Shown here: positions 46,050-55,314 of the stretch, in pieces
How positions within the stretch are numbered: the stretch's first letter is position 1
Layout of the letters: every line of letters starts with the position of its first letter
Made by a program: the position numbers and the translations under genes
Assembly: GCA_963823495.1 (NCBI GenBank)
Contig: CAWGLV010000001.1
Coordinates: forward strand, 3,736,176-3,800,175
DNA from: an uncultured Microthrixaceae bacterium
GTDB lineage: Bacteria; Actinomycetota; Acidimicrobiia; Acidimicrobiales; DATDAH01
Length of the DNA stretch: 64,000 bases
Reading direction: 5' to 3'
The notes under the pieces: model-generated
Told to the model about the DNA's origin: nothing
Seen by the model: only the letters and a program-made list of their open reading frames with translations
Database searches by the model: none

Positions 46050-47810
46050 GTGAACGTCCACCATCACAGCTACGACGCGGTGATCGTCGGTGCCGGCGGT
46101 GCGGGGCTGCGGGCGGCCATCGAGGTCGCCGGCAAGTGCCGGGTCGCGGTCCTGACCAAGCTCTACCCCACCCGCTCCCACACCGGCGCCGCCCAGGGCG
46201 GCATGTGCGCCGCCCTCGCCAACGTCGAAGAGGACTCCTGGGAATGGCACGCCTTCGACACGGTCAAGGGCGCCGACTACCTGGGCGACCAGCCGGCCAT
46301 CGAGATCATGTGCAAGGAGGCCATCGACGCCGTCGTCGAGCTCGAGCACTTCGGCCTGCCCTTCAACCGCACCCCCGAGGGCAAGATCGACCAACGCCGC
46401 TTCGGCGGCCACACCCGCAACCACGGCGAGGCCGCCGTGCGCCGGGCCTGCTACTCCGCGGACCGCACCGGCCACATGATCCTCCAGACGCTGTTCCAGC
46501 AGTGCGTGAAGCGGGACGTCACCTTCTTCAACGAGTTCCAGGTCCTCGACATGGTCTTCGCCGACGACCCGACCGTCCCCGCCGGTCGGCGGGTGGCCGG
46601 GGTGATCGCGTACGAGATGGCCACCGGCGACCTCCACGTCTTCACCACCAAGGCCGCCCTGTTCGCCAGCGGTGGCTTCGGGCGGATGTTCAAGATCTCC
46701 TCCAACGCCGTGAGCCTCACCGGCGACGGCCCCGGCCTGCTGTACCGCCGCGGCATCCCGATGCAGGACATGGAGTTCTTCCAGTTCCACCCGACGGGGA
46801 TCTACAAGCTCGGCATCCTGCTGTCCGAAGCCGCCCGCGGTGAGGGCGGCATCCTGCGCAACGCCGACGGTGAGCGGTTCATGGAGCGCTACGCCCCGAC
46901 GGTGAAGGACCTGGCCCCCCGGGACATGGTCTCGCGTTCGATCATGACCGAGATCCGCGAGGGTCGGGGGATCGGTGCCGACAAGGACGGCGTCCACCTG
47001 GATCTCACCCACCTCCCGCCGGAGCAGATCGACGAGAAGCTCCCCGACATCACCGACTTCGTGCGGACTTACCTGGGCATCGAGCCCAAGCAGGATCCCA
47101 TCCCGATCCAACCGACTGCGCACTACGCCATGGGCGGCATCCCCACCAACGTCGACGGCCAGGTGGTCATCGACGCCGACAACACGGTGCTCCCCGGCCT
47201 CTACGCCGCCGGTGAGTGCGCCTGCGTGTCGGTCCACGGCGCCAACCGACTGGGGACCAACTCCCTGCTCGACATCGTGGTCTTCGGACGGCGCGGCGGC
47301 CGCGACATGGCCCGCTTCGTCGCCGAGGCCGACCAGCCCGAGCCGGCCCCGGCCCCCGAGGCCGACGTGCGGGCCCGCATCGAGAAGATGAAGGCCGGCC
47401 GCGGCTCGGCCAACACCGCCCGTCTGCGGGAACGCCTGCAGGCGGAGATGACCGCCAACGCGATGGTGTTCCGCACCGAGGAGAGCCTGGCGCACGCCAC
47501 CGAGGTGGTCGACGAGCTCACCGAGGAGTACGAGCAGATCTCGATCGACGACAAGGGCCTGGTCTTCAACTACGACCTGACCGAGGCCCTGGAGTTGGGC
47601 TACCTCATCGAGTTGGCCAAGGTCACGGTGGCCAGTGCCCGGGCCCGAACCGAGAGCCGGGGCGCCCACTTCCGCGACGACCACCCGTTGCGGGAGGACG
47701 AGCACTGGATGAAGCACACCCTGGCCACCCGGGAGGACGACGGCGCGGTGCGACTGGACTACAAGCCGGTCATCGGCGGGAACTACGAGCCCATGGAGCG
47801 CAAGTACTGA
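46050..47810 (+). CDS. sdhA: succinate dehydrogenase/fumarate reductase flavoprotein subunit
   Basis: GTG at 46050. YDAVIVGAGGAGLRAA, covalent-FAD region RSHTGAAQGG, HPTG, and RGAHFR. Confidence 0.95.
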   Translation: MNVHHHSYDAVIVGAGGAGLRAAIEVAGKCRVAVLTKLYPTRSHTGAAQGGMCAALANVEEDSWEWHAFDTVKGADYLGDQPAIEIMCKEAIDAVVELEHFGLPFNRTPEGKIDQRRFGGHTRNHGEAAVRRACYSADRTGHMILQTLFQQCVKRDVTFFNEFQVLDMVFADDPTVPAGRRVAGVIAYEMATGDLHVFTTKAALFASGGFGRMFKISSNAVSLTGDGPGLLYRRGIPMQDMEFFQFHPTGIYKLGILLSEAARGEGGILRNADGERFMERYAPTVKDLAPRDMVSRSIMTEIREGRGIGADKDGVHLDLTHLPPEQIDEKLPDITDFVRTYLGIEPKQDPIPIQPTAHYAMGGIPTNVDGQVVIDADNTVLPGLYAAGECACVSVHGANRLGTNSLLDIVVFGRRGGRDMARFVAEADQPEPAPAPEADVRARIEKMKAGRGSANTARLRERLQAEMTANAMVFRTEESLAHATEVVDELTEEYEQISIDDKGLVFNYDLTEALELGYLIELAKVTVASARARTESRGAHFRDDHPLREDEHWMKHTLATREDDGAVRLDYKPVIGGNYEPMERKY

Positions 47811-48508
47811 TGCAGGTCGAACTCCAGATCAAGCGCTACAACCCCGAAACCGACACCAAGCCCCACTGGGAGACCTACACGGTCGACATGGAGCCCACCG
47901 ACAAGGTGCTGGACGCCATCCACGAGGTGAAGTACCACCACGACGGGACCCTCGCCCTGCGCCGCTCCTGCGTCCACGGGGTCTGTGGCTCCGACGCCAT
48001 GATCATCAACGGCGTCAACCGGCTGGCCTGCACGCTGCTCATCCAGGAGGTCGGCGACAAGATCACCGTCGAGCCCATCCGCGGCCTGCCGGTCATCAAG
48101 GACCTGGTCGTGGACATGGAGCCCTTCTTCGCCCAGTACCGCTCCGTGCTTCCCTACCTGGTGACCACCGACGAGCCGGGCTACCGGGAGCGCACCCAGT
48201 CCGCGGAGGAGCGGGAGCGCTTCGACGACACCACCAAGTGCATCCTGTGCGCCGCCTGCACCACGTCCTGCCCGGTGTTCTGGGGCAACTCCGGCTACGT
48301 CGGCCCCGCGGCGATCGTCAACGCCCACCGCTTCATCTTCGACAGCCGCGACGAGGCCGGGACCGAGCGCCTGGACATCCTCAACGACCGCACCGGCGTG
48401 TGGCGCTGCCGCACCGCGTTCAACTGCACCGACGCCTGCCCCCGCGACATCAAGGTCACCCAGGCCATCGAAGAGGTCAAGCGCGAGATCCTTTTCTCCC
48501 GGGTATGA
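47810..48508 (+). CDS. sdhB: succinate dehydrogenase/fumarate reductase iron-sulfur subunit
   Basis: The ATG overlaps the sdhA stop (TGATG). 2Fe-2S region CVHGVCGSDAM...LAC (Asp third ligand as in E. coli SdhB), CILCAACTTSCP, and CRTAFNCTDACP. Confidence 0.95.
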   Translation: MQVELQIKRYNPETDTKPHWETYTVDMEPTDKVLDAIHEVKYHHDGTLALRRSCVHGVCGSDAMIINGVNRLACTLLIQEVGDKITVEPIRGLPVIKDLVVDMEPFFAQYRSVLPYLVTTDEPGYRERTQSAEERERFDDTTKCILCAACTTSCPVFWGNSGYVGPAAIVNAHRFIFDSRDEAGTERLDILNDRTGVWRCRTAFNCTDACPRDIKVTQAIEEVKREILFSRV

Positions 48509-49443
48509 GCTTCATCGCCCGCGAGGCCAAGCTCCATCCGGGCCTCGCGGTGGCACTCCAGGTCGTCCGTGGGTTCTGCATGGGTGCGGCCGATGTCGTC
48601 CCCGGGGTCTCGGGCGGCACCGTGGCCCTGGTCCTCGGCATCTACGAGCGCCTGGTCGACAACGTCCACCGCATGGCGTCAGCCCTCGGTCGCCTGCTCA
48701 AGGCCGACAGCAAGGGGTTCCTCCAGGGCCTCCGCTCGGTCGAATGGCTGTTCATCGTTCCCCTGCTGGGGGGCATCGGCCTGGCCGTGCTCACGCTGGC
48801 CCATGCCATCGAGGTGGCCCTCGAGAACCATCCGGTCCCGATGGGCGGGCTCTTCTTCGGCCTGGTCGCGGCCTCCGCCGTCGTGGCCTTCCGCCTGGTG
48901 AGGCGTTGGGGCGCCGAGCAGGTCGTCGTCCTCGTCCTCGTCGCCGTCGCTGCGGCCGCCTTCCTCGGCCTCGCCGCGGCCCCCCGGGTCGACCCGGCGA
49001 TCTGGGTCTTCCTGCTCGCGGGAATGGTCGCGATCTGCGCCATGATCCTGCCCGGGATCTCCGGGTCGTTCCTGTTGCTGATGTTGGGCATGTACGACGC
49101 CGTCCTCGATGCGGTCAACCAGCGTCAACTCGGCCTGCTCGCCGCCTTCGTCGTCGGCTGCGTGATCGGCCTCGCCCTCTTCTCCTCGGTCTTGAACTGG
49201 GCGCTGGAGCACCACCACGACGTCGTCATGGCCGGTCTGGTCGGGCTCATGATCGGCTCACTCCGCGTGCTGTGGCCCTGGCCCGAGGGCACCGAGGAGG
49301 CGGGCTTGGCCGCGCCCGGCGACCAAGCGGGCCTCGCCCTGCTCATCGCCCTCGGGGCCGCGGCGGTGGTTCTCGTCGTCTCGGCCGTCGCCCTGACGAT
49401 CGACCACGAGATCAAGGCCGAGCTCGACGCCGAGCCGGCCTGA
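48505..49443 (+). CDS. DUF368 family polytopic membrane protein (polyprenyl-phosphate transporter PopT-like family)
   Basis: The ATG overlaps the sdhB stop (ATGA). GAADVVPGVSGGTVALVLGIYERL and the second half-repeat ILPGISGSFLLLMLGMY are DUF368 hallmarks. Confidence 0.85.
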   Translation: MSFIAREAKLHPGLAVALQVVRGFCMGAADVVPGVSGGTVALVLGIYERLVDNVHRMASALGRLLKADSKGFLQGLRSVEWLFIVPLLGGIGLAVLTLAHAIEVALENHPVPMGGLFFGLVAASAVVAFRLVRRWGAEQVVVLVLVAVAAAAFLGLAAAPRVDPAIWVFLLAGMVAICAMILPGISGSFLLLMLGMYDAVLDAVNQRQLGLLAAFVVGCVIGLALFSSVLNWALEHHHDVVMAGLVGLMIGSLRVLWPWPEGTEEAGLAAPGDQAGLALLIALGAAAVVLVVSAVALTIDHEIKAELDAEPA

Positions 49444-49547
49444 AGCCAGGGTCTGTCCCGGTCGGGTGCGCGGTTCGAATCGAGAGCCTCACGGGCAGGT
49501 GGCGGGACCCTGCCCGCCCACAGGCCCACCCTGGCACACTGCCTGCA

Positions 49548-50567
49548 GTGCGACCCGCAACCGATGAGGTGATCGACCTGACTTCTGCCGCCGACGAGGA
49601 GGGCGCCGAGGCCCTCGCGGCCACCGATGACGAGGTCGCGACCCCCGATGCCCCCTCCCGGACCGCCAAGGTCGCGGGGTTGGCCCTCGGGACCACGCGC
49701 GAGCTGACCCGGACCACGGTCCGCCTCTGGGGCTCCCGGCGCCAGTGGTGGGGCCTGACGCCAGCCGAACGGCGGCTCCACACCGAGCTCATGGTGCTCT
49801 CCGGCGACCTCACCGTGGCGCGTGAGCGCTTCGGCGCCGACCACGACGCCGTCCTGGCCTCGGCCCACCGGCTCAGCGAGGCGGCCCGGCAGGCCGTGCT
49901 GGCCGACGACCCCGCCGATGCCAGCGCCCTCGTGCGCGCCTCGCGCCGCCAACTCCTCGAGCTGGCCGACCGCCGGGCCCTGCTGAGCGCGGCGGCGGCG
50001 ATCCCGACCAGCACGTTGCCCGAGCACCAGAGCGGTGAGCTGATCGCCGCCGTGGTCCACGTCGACGAGCACCCCAAGGCCCGACTGGACCCGTTGCGCG
50101 GCGCGGTGGTGGCTGCTCAACGGGTCCACGACGAAGCAGGCGACGGCGAGGACCGTCGCCTGCAGACAACCGCCCGCAGCGTCTACGTGACCGGCATCGC
50201 GGCCTTCGTCCTGCTCGTCGTCGGCGCGGTGACGGCGATGCTGGGGAACCTCACCGCCGACCAGGGCGAGGCCCTGCGCAACCTCGACAACTTCGTCGCC
50301 GTCGCCGGGTGGGGCCTCTTCGGCGCCGTCATCAGCCGCCTCGTCCCCTGGCGCCAGTCCGCAACCCCTCCCCCGGCGGCGGAGTTCATGCACCCGGTCA
50401 CCCTGATGCTCGTCCGGCTCCTGACCGGCGCCATCGCGGCCATCGCCGTGGTCGGTGTGCTCCAGACCGACGTGCAGTCGGTCATCGCCATCAACGGCTC
50501 CGAGGCCTACCCGGTCGCGCTCGCGGCGGGGTTCTGCGAACGCCTACTGGACCGTCGCCTGACCTGA
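49548..50567 (+). CDS. hypothetical protein: helical soluble N-domain plus 3-4 C-terminal TM helices
   Basis: In-frame GTG at 49548, in the C-terminal part of track ORF 48744..50567. TM stretches are VTGIAAFVLLVVGAVTAML, FVAVAGWGLFGAVI and LTGAIAAIAVVGVL. No family recognised. Confidence 0.4.
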   Translation: MRPATDEVIDLTSAADEEGAEALAATDDEVATPDAPSRTAKVAGLALGTTRELTRTTVRLWGSRRQWWGLTPAERRLHTELMVLSGDLTVARERFGADHDAVLASAHRLSEAARQAVLADDPADASALVRASRRQLLELADRRALLSAAAAIPTSTLPEHQSGELIAAVVHVDEHPKARLDPLRGAVVAAQRVHDEAGDGEDRRLQTTARSVYVTGIAAFVLLVVGAVTAMLGNLTADQGEALRNLDNFVAVAGWGLFGAVISRLVPWRQSATPPPAAEFMHPVTLMLVRLLTGAIAAIAVVGVLQTDVQSVIAINGSEAYPVALAAGFCERLLDRRLT

Positions 50568-50603
50568 GCGGTCGGCGCTGCCTGCCCGTCCAGGACTGAA
50601 CGG

Positions 50604-51254
50604 CTAGGTGACGAAGCTGACCGGGAAGCTGGCGATCCAGGTCACGGCGCCGAGGAACACGGTCCAGCCCACCAGGAGCATGGCCAGGCGCAGTCGTTCG
50701 TTGACCAACTTGGTGCTGATGCCGGCGAAGAAGAGGGCGACGGCGAAGAGCACCACCGCGAGCACGTAGTTGCTGGCCCGCACGATGTTGCGTCGGACCA
50801 CCGCCGCCGAGATCTCGCTCTGACGGTCGTACTCGGCGGCCTGGGCCTCGGCCTCGGTCCGGTACTCGGGGAGGGCGAAGGGCGACGCAGGCGCATCGAC
50901 GTTCCGCAGGGGGTCGGTGGCCAGCCAGGCGTCGAAGGCGGGCTGGAACTCGCCCCGGAACCGGCTGGCGTAGAAGTCGGCCAACTCGGCGTCGTCCCCG
51001 GCATTGGCGTCAACCCATTGGATGAAGAGGGCGATGTCGACCTGGGTCTCGGCCAGGGCCTCGCTCTCGGCTCGGGCGGCCTCGATCCGGATGCCGTTGG
51101 TCTGGCTGGCCGCAGTGGCCTGCTCACCGTTCCAGCGTGTTGCCTGGTAGCTGCTCCACGCGGTGGCCACCGCGGCGACGGCGAGCAGCACGGTGGCGGC
51201 CAGCTCCAGTCGCGTGCCCCGCGTCGAGAACGCCCCGTCCGCCTCCTCAGCCAT
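50604..51254 (-). CDS. hypothetical membrane protein (N- and C-terminal TM helices flanking a helical domain)
   Basis: ATG at 51254 overlaps the upstream gene stop by 8 nt. LELAATVLLAVAAVATAW ... YVLAVVLFAVALFFAGI ... LLVGWTVFLGAVTWI. Confidence 0.5.
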   Translation of the reverse strand: MAEEADGAFSTRGTRLELAATVLLAVAAVATAWSSYQATRWNGEQATAASQTNGIRIEAARAESEALAETQVDIALFIQWVDANAGDDAELADFYASRFRGEFQPAFDAWLATDPLRNVDAPASPFALPEYRTEAEAQAAEYDRQSEISAAVVRRNIVRASNYVLAVVLFAVALFFAGISTKLVNERLRLAMLLVGWTVFLGAVTWIASFPVSFVT

Positions 51255-52080
51255 CCTCGAAGCCCACACCTCGTTCGTCACACGGGGCGGTGATCTCGAC
51301 ACCGGACTCTCGGGCCGCCTCGTCGATGATGCGCAGCGCCCGCTCCATCGAGTCCGGGCGGAGGCCGCCCAGGTTGTCCTGGAAGGGCTGGTTGAAGAAG
51401 ACCAGCAGCAGCAACAAGGTCGTGATGACCGACACGACCGAGCCCATGAGGACGGCCTGGGTCACCGCCCTCTCACCGCTGTCCGCGAAGAACAGCAGGT
51501 AGAGGAAGATCACCCCCGACACGAAGAAGAGCACGATCCACAACGGGCTCGGGATCACACCGGAGACGGCATGGACCCGGTCGTTGCGGGCCTGCTCCCG
51601 CGCACTGGTCTGGTCGAGCCACCGGTTGTAGGCCGACTGCTCGGCGTTCGACACGGGCTCGACCCGCCGGATCGTGTCGAACATCACCGCGCCCCAGGGG
51701 TTGATCTCGTCGCCCAGCGTCCCTGCCTCGAGACGATCCCACTCCTCGCCCGGGACCGAGCGCGCGTAGCAGACCAGTTCACCGGTCAACTCCGCAGCCA
51801 GCGCGGGAGGGAAGAACTGTGCGGTCTCGAACTGCTGACCCACGATCACCGCCTCCTCCTCGGCGCCCGATCGGGACGCGTCGTAGGTGGTGAAGGAGAG
51901 GAAGACGATGAAGCCCAGCAGCACCGAGAACCCGGTCGCGAGGACCCCGAACACCCCCGACGCCCGGTCACCGTCGGCGAAGTAGCTGCCCTCGGGCGCC
52001 GTGCGCCGCACCCGCAGCATCACCAGGATGCTCAGCGTGGTGACCACGGCCACCACCAGGAACGCGAGGACGACGTTCAC
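51247..52080 (-). CDS. DUF4239-like (bestrophin-related) membrane protein
   Basis: MNVVLAFLVVAVVTTLSILV, GVLATGFSVLLGFIVFLSF, and C-terminal helices. The overall architecture matches DUF4239. Confidence 0.55.
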   Translation of the reverse strand: MNVVLAFLVVAVVTTLSILVMLRVRRTAPEGSYFADGDRASGVFGVLATGFSVLLGFIVFLSFTTYDASRSGAEEEAVIVGQQFETAQFFPPALAAELTGELVCYARSVPGEEWDRLEAGTLGDEINPWGAVMFDTIRRVEPVSNAEQSAYNRWLDQTSAREQARNDRVHAVSGVIPSPLWIVLFFVSGVIFLYLLFFADSGERAVTQAVLMGSVVSVITTLLLLLVFFNQPFQDNLGGLRPDSMERALRIIDEAARESGVEITAPCDERGVGFEDG

Positions 52081-52245
52081 CGCTCAGCCACGCCGACCGG
52101 CGCCGGACGACCCGACACCGGTCAGGCCTCGGCGTCGACGGGGACGTCCGGGCCCAGCACCGGCGTGGCGGCCACCGCGGCCGACTCCCGCCGGGCCTTG
52201 CGGATTGCCGAGGGCAGCGAGCACGACGCTGGACACCGCCCGAGG

Positions 52246-52704
52246 CTACCGGTGACCCCGGCCGGCACCCCGACACCGCCACCACCCGGTGGCGTCGAGA
52301 TCGCGGACATCGGCCGCGACCAGGACCTCACCGTGGACCCGGGCGGGCGTGTGGCCGTCGACGTCCGGACCGACCCGCTCCCATTCGAGGTCGAAGCCGA
52401 GTGGCACCCGCGTGCCGACGGAGTCGTTCGGGTGGTCCACCGCCAAGGCGAAGGCCTCGAGGCCGATCGTCCACCGTCGGCCCTGCTCTTCCTCGATGGC
52501 GTCGACCCACAGGCCGGACGCCCGGATCTCCATCGAGCCCGGACGGGGCGGCGGCGCATCGGGCTCGTCGAGGATCACGAGGTCGTGGCCCGGGCGGTCC
52601 AGGCCGGCGGTGACCTCGACCCGGTCGTCGACGAAGCGGATCCCGAGGTGACCGGCCTCGCCGCGGTCGGCCGCGAGCCAGACCCACCGGGAGGTGCACG
52701 TCAC
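52246..52704 (-). CDS. hypothetical protein
   Basis: 152-aa ORF with non-shadow-like composition (WVDAIEEEQGRRWTIGLEAFALAVDHPND...). No family recognised; both ends are uncertain. Confidence 0.35.
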   Translation of the reverse strand: MTCTSRWVWLAADRGEAGHLGIRFVDDRVEVTAGLDRPGHDLVILDEPDAPPPRPGSMEIRASGLWVDAIEEEQGRRWTIGLEAFALAVDHPNDSVGTRVPLGFDLEWERVGPDVDGHTPARVHGEVLVAADVRDLDATGWWRCRGAGRGHR

Positions 52705-52808
52705 CGGATGACCTGGGGGCCGAGCGCGGCCGCCGCGAACCGATGGAGGCCTTCGGACTGCCTTCCGTCCAGATCAGAGGACCGCATGGATCACCTAGCG
52801 TGCCCGCC

Positions 52809-53162
52809 ATGGTCCCACGCTTCACACGGGAGTGGATCGCCGCGATGGACGAGGCCGTCCGACGCCTCCCCGGGGCAACGGGACCCTTCGTCATCCAGCA
52901 GGTGGTCACCGAGGGCGACGACGAGGTGACCTGGCACCTGGTGCTGGCGGCCGATGGGGTGCGCATCCGCCCCGGGAGAGCCGACGCGGCCGACGTGACC
53001 TTCCACCAGGACCGCTCGACCGCGGAGGCCATCGCCGACGGTGAGCTGGGCGCCGGCGCCGCCCTGACCGCCGGTCGCTTGACCGTCCGGGGGGCGACGG
53101 CGCGGCTCACCGAACACCGAGAGGTCCTGGCCCGCATCGACGAGGCGCTGTCGGGTGCCTGA
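52809..53162 (+). CDS. SCP2 sterol-binding-domain protein
   Basis: ATG at 52809. The C-terminal pattern AEAIADGELGAGAALTAGRLTVRG is typical of actinobacterial SCP2 domain proteins. Confidence 0.55.
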   Translation: MVPRFTREWIAAMDEAVRRLPGATGPFVIQQVVTEGDDEVTWHLVLAADGVRIRPGRADAADVTFHQDRSTAEAIADGELGAGAALTAGRLTVRGATARLTEHREVLARIDEALSGA

Positions 53163-53991
53163 ACTGCCGGAGGTGCGAGCCCACGCCGAGCGCCTGGCCG
53201 AGGCCTTCGGCGGCGCCGTGTTGGAGCAGTTCGTGCCGATCTCGTTCACGGCCCTGAAGACCTATGCCCTCGCTCCGGACGTCGCCTACGGCTCCCCGCT
53301 GCTGCGGGTGGACCAGCGGGGCAAGTACCTGGCCCTCGTGTTCGAACCCGCCACCTTCGTCGTCCACCTCATGCAGGGGGGTCGACTCAAGCCCGACGAG
53401 AAGCAGACCAGGAAGCCCCGGGGCGGGCTGGCCCGCTGGGTGTTCACCGACGGCCGGGCCCTCCTCCTGAGCGAAGCGGGGACCGAGAAGCGGGCAGGGG
53501 TGTGGGTGCTCGACGAGCTCCGGGAGGGGAAGGAACCGATCGACCACCTCGGCCCCGACGCCGACTCGCTGGATGCTGCTGGTGTCGCCGAACGGATCGG
53601 CGGGGAGTCCAAACGGCTCCACGGCGTCCTGCGGGACCAGCACCCGATGGCCGGGATCGGGCGGCGCCTGGCCAACGAGATCACCCACCGGGCGAAGCTC
53701 TCCCCCTTCGCCAACGCGTCCAAGCTGAGCCCTGAGGAGATCGAGCGGCTCCACGCCGCCATCCGGGACACGGTGGCCGAAGGCCTGGCCCACGAGCGGG
53801 AGCGGGACGACATGAGCTCGTCAAAGGAGCGGCCCGGCGCCGTGCACCACCGCAAGGGCGAGACCTGCCCCGTCTGCGGTGACACCGTCAGGGAGGTGGC
53901 CTACGTGAAGTACACGGTCAACTACTGCGCCACCTGCCAGACCGGCGGCAAGGTCCTCGCCGACAACACCACGTCGAAGTTCCTCAAGTAG
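53155..53991 (+). CDS. Fpg/Nei family DNA glycosylase/AP lyase
   Basis: N-terminal PELPEV catalytic motif, the H2TH region, and the C-terminal zinc finger CPVCG...YCATCQ. The GTG overlaps the SCP2 stop. Confidence 0.85.
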   Translation: MPELPEVRAHAERLAEAFGGAVLEQFVPISFTALKTYALAPDVAYGSPLLRVDQRGKYLALVFEPATFVVHLMQGGRLKPDEKQTRKPRGGLARWVFTDGRALLLSEAGTEKRAGVWVLDELREGKEPIDHLGPDADSLDAAGVAERIGGESKRLHGVLRDQHPMAGIGRRLANEITHRAKLSPFANASKLSPEEIERLHAAIRDTVAEGLAHERERDDMSSSKERPGAVHHRKGETCPVCGDTVREVAYVKYTVNYCATCQTGGKVLADNTTSKFLK

Positions 53992-54243
53992 CCCGCCGTG
54001 GGGGCTGGACGACCGAAACCGACGGCCACCACGGGGGCCGAGGTCCTCGCGCCGCCAGCCGTCGGCGCCCGCTCGACCGTTTCGCCACCGTCCGTGGCCA
54101 AATCGGGACAGAGGACCTGTACTCCGCGTACTGGCGCCCGATTTGGGCGCTATGGCACCGCTACCGGGCGCCAGAACGAGAAGCGGTCACTCGGTGTGAG
54201 GGCTGACGTCGGTTTCGCCCGCGACGGACCTCGGCCCGACCCC

Positions 54244-54258
54244 GCGCCCCGCGGGCGC
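54244..54258. terminator. short GC hairpin downstream of mdh (gcgccc cgc gggcgc)
   Basis: 6-bp stem with a 3-nt loop, 25 nt after the mdh stop, followed by a (cggt)4 microrepeat at 54261-54278. Confidence 0.3.
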
Positions 54259-54282
54259 GTCGGTCGGTCGGTCGGTCGTTCC

Positions 54283-55269
54283 TCAGATGAGGCCGAGGGC
54301 GGCGACGGTGTCGCGCTCGTCGGCCAGCTCGCTGGTGCTGGCGTCGATGCGGGCGCGGGAGAAGTCGTCGATCTCCAGGCCCGGCACGATGGACCACTCG
54401 CCGTTCGTCGTGGTACAGGGAAACGACGACAGCAGACCCTCGGGCGTGCCGTAGGAGCCGTCGGAGGGCACGGCCATCGACACCCAGTCGCCCTCGGGCG
54501 TGCCGTCCATCCAGGTGCGGACGTGGTCGATGGCGGCGTTGGCCGCAGAGGCCGCGCTGGAGCTGCCCCGGGCCTCGATGATCGCCGCGCCCCGCTGCTG
54601 GACCGTGGGGATGAAGTCGCTCTCGATCCAGGCCTCGTCGTCGATGACCTCGGCGGCGGGCCGCCCGCCGACCCGGGCATGGAACACGTCCGGGTACTGG
54701 GTGGCGGAGTGGTTGCCCCAGATGGTCATGCGGGTCACGTCGGTCACCGGTGCGCCGGCCTTGGCCGCCACCTGGGCGAGGGCCCGGTTGTGGTCCAGCC
54801 GGGTCATGGCCGTGAAGTCCTTCTCGGGCAGGCGGTCGCAGTTGTTCATCGCGATCAGGCAGTTGGTGTTGGCCGGGTTGCCCACGACCAGCACCTTGCA
54901 GTCGTCGGCGGCCGCGGTCGAGAGGGCCTTGCCCTGGACGGTGAAGATGGCACCGTTGGCCTCGAGCAGGTCGGCCCGCTCCATGCCCTTCGAACGGGGC
55001 CGGGAGCCGACCAGGAGGGCGACGTCGACCCCCTCGAAGGCCGTCTCGGGCTGATCGCTCATGACCATCCCGCTCAGGAGGGGGAAGGCGCAGTCGTCCA
55101 GTTCCATGGCCACCCCTCGCAGGGCGTCCATGGCCGGCGGGATCTCCAGCATCTGGAGCTGGACCGGCCGGTCCGGGCCGAGGAGGTCGCCGTTGGCGAT
55201 GCGGAAGAGGAGGCTGTAGCCGATCTGGCCGGCGGCGCCGGTCACGGCCACTCGGGTGGGGGATGCCAT
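54283..55269 (-). CDS. mdh: malate dehydrogenase (cytosolic/MDH2-type)
   Basis: [27 protein letters not shown], and a 328-aa length. Confidence 0.95.
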   Translation of the reverse strand: MASPTRVAVTGAAGQIGYSLLFRIANGDLLGPDRPVQLQMLEIPPAMDALRGVAMELDDCAFPLLSGMVMSDQPETAFEGVDVALLVGSRPRSKGMERADLLEANGAIFTVQGKALSTAAADDCKVLVVGNPANTNCLIAMNNCDRLPEKDFTAMTRLDHNRALAQVAAKAGAPVTDVTRMTIWGNHSATQYPDVFHARVGGRPAAEVIDDEAWIESDFIPTVQQRGAAIIEARGSSSAASAANAAIDHVRTWMDGTPEGDWVSMAVPSDGSYGTPEGLLSSFPCTTTNGEWSIVPGLEIDDFSRARIDASTSELADERDTVAALGLI

Positions 55270-55314
55270 GGTTCGGACCCTACCGACGCTGCGCCGGGCC
55301 GGTCGAACCCGACC

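Noticed and set aside
49472-49481. GGTTCGAATC, identical to a tRNA T-loop consensus, in the spacer after the DUF368 gene. It could be a tRNA fragment or an attachment-site remnant of an integrated element.
   Set aside because: The flanking bases cannot form a T-stem (cgcgg versus cgaga). No acceptor or anticodon arms can be drawn, there is no integrase nearby, and no matching direct repeat is visible in the window.
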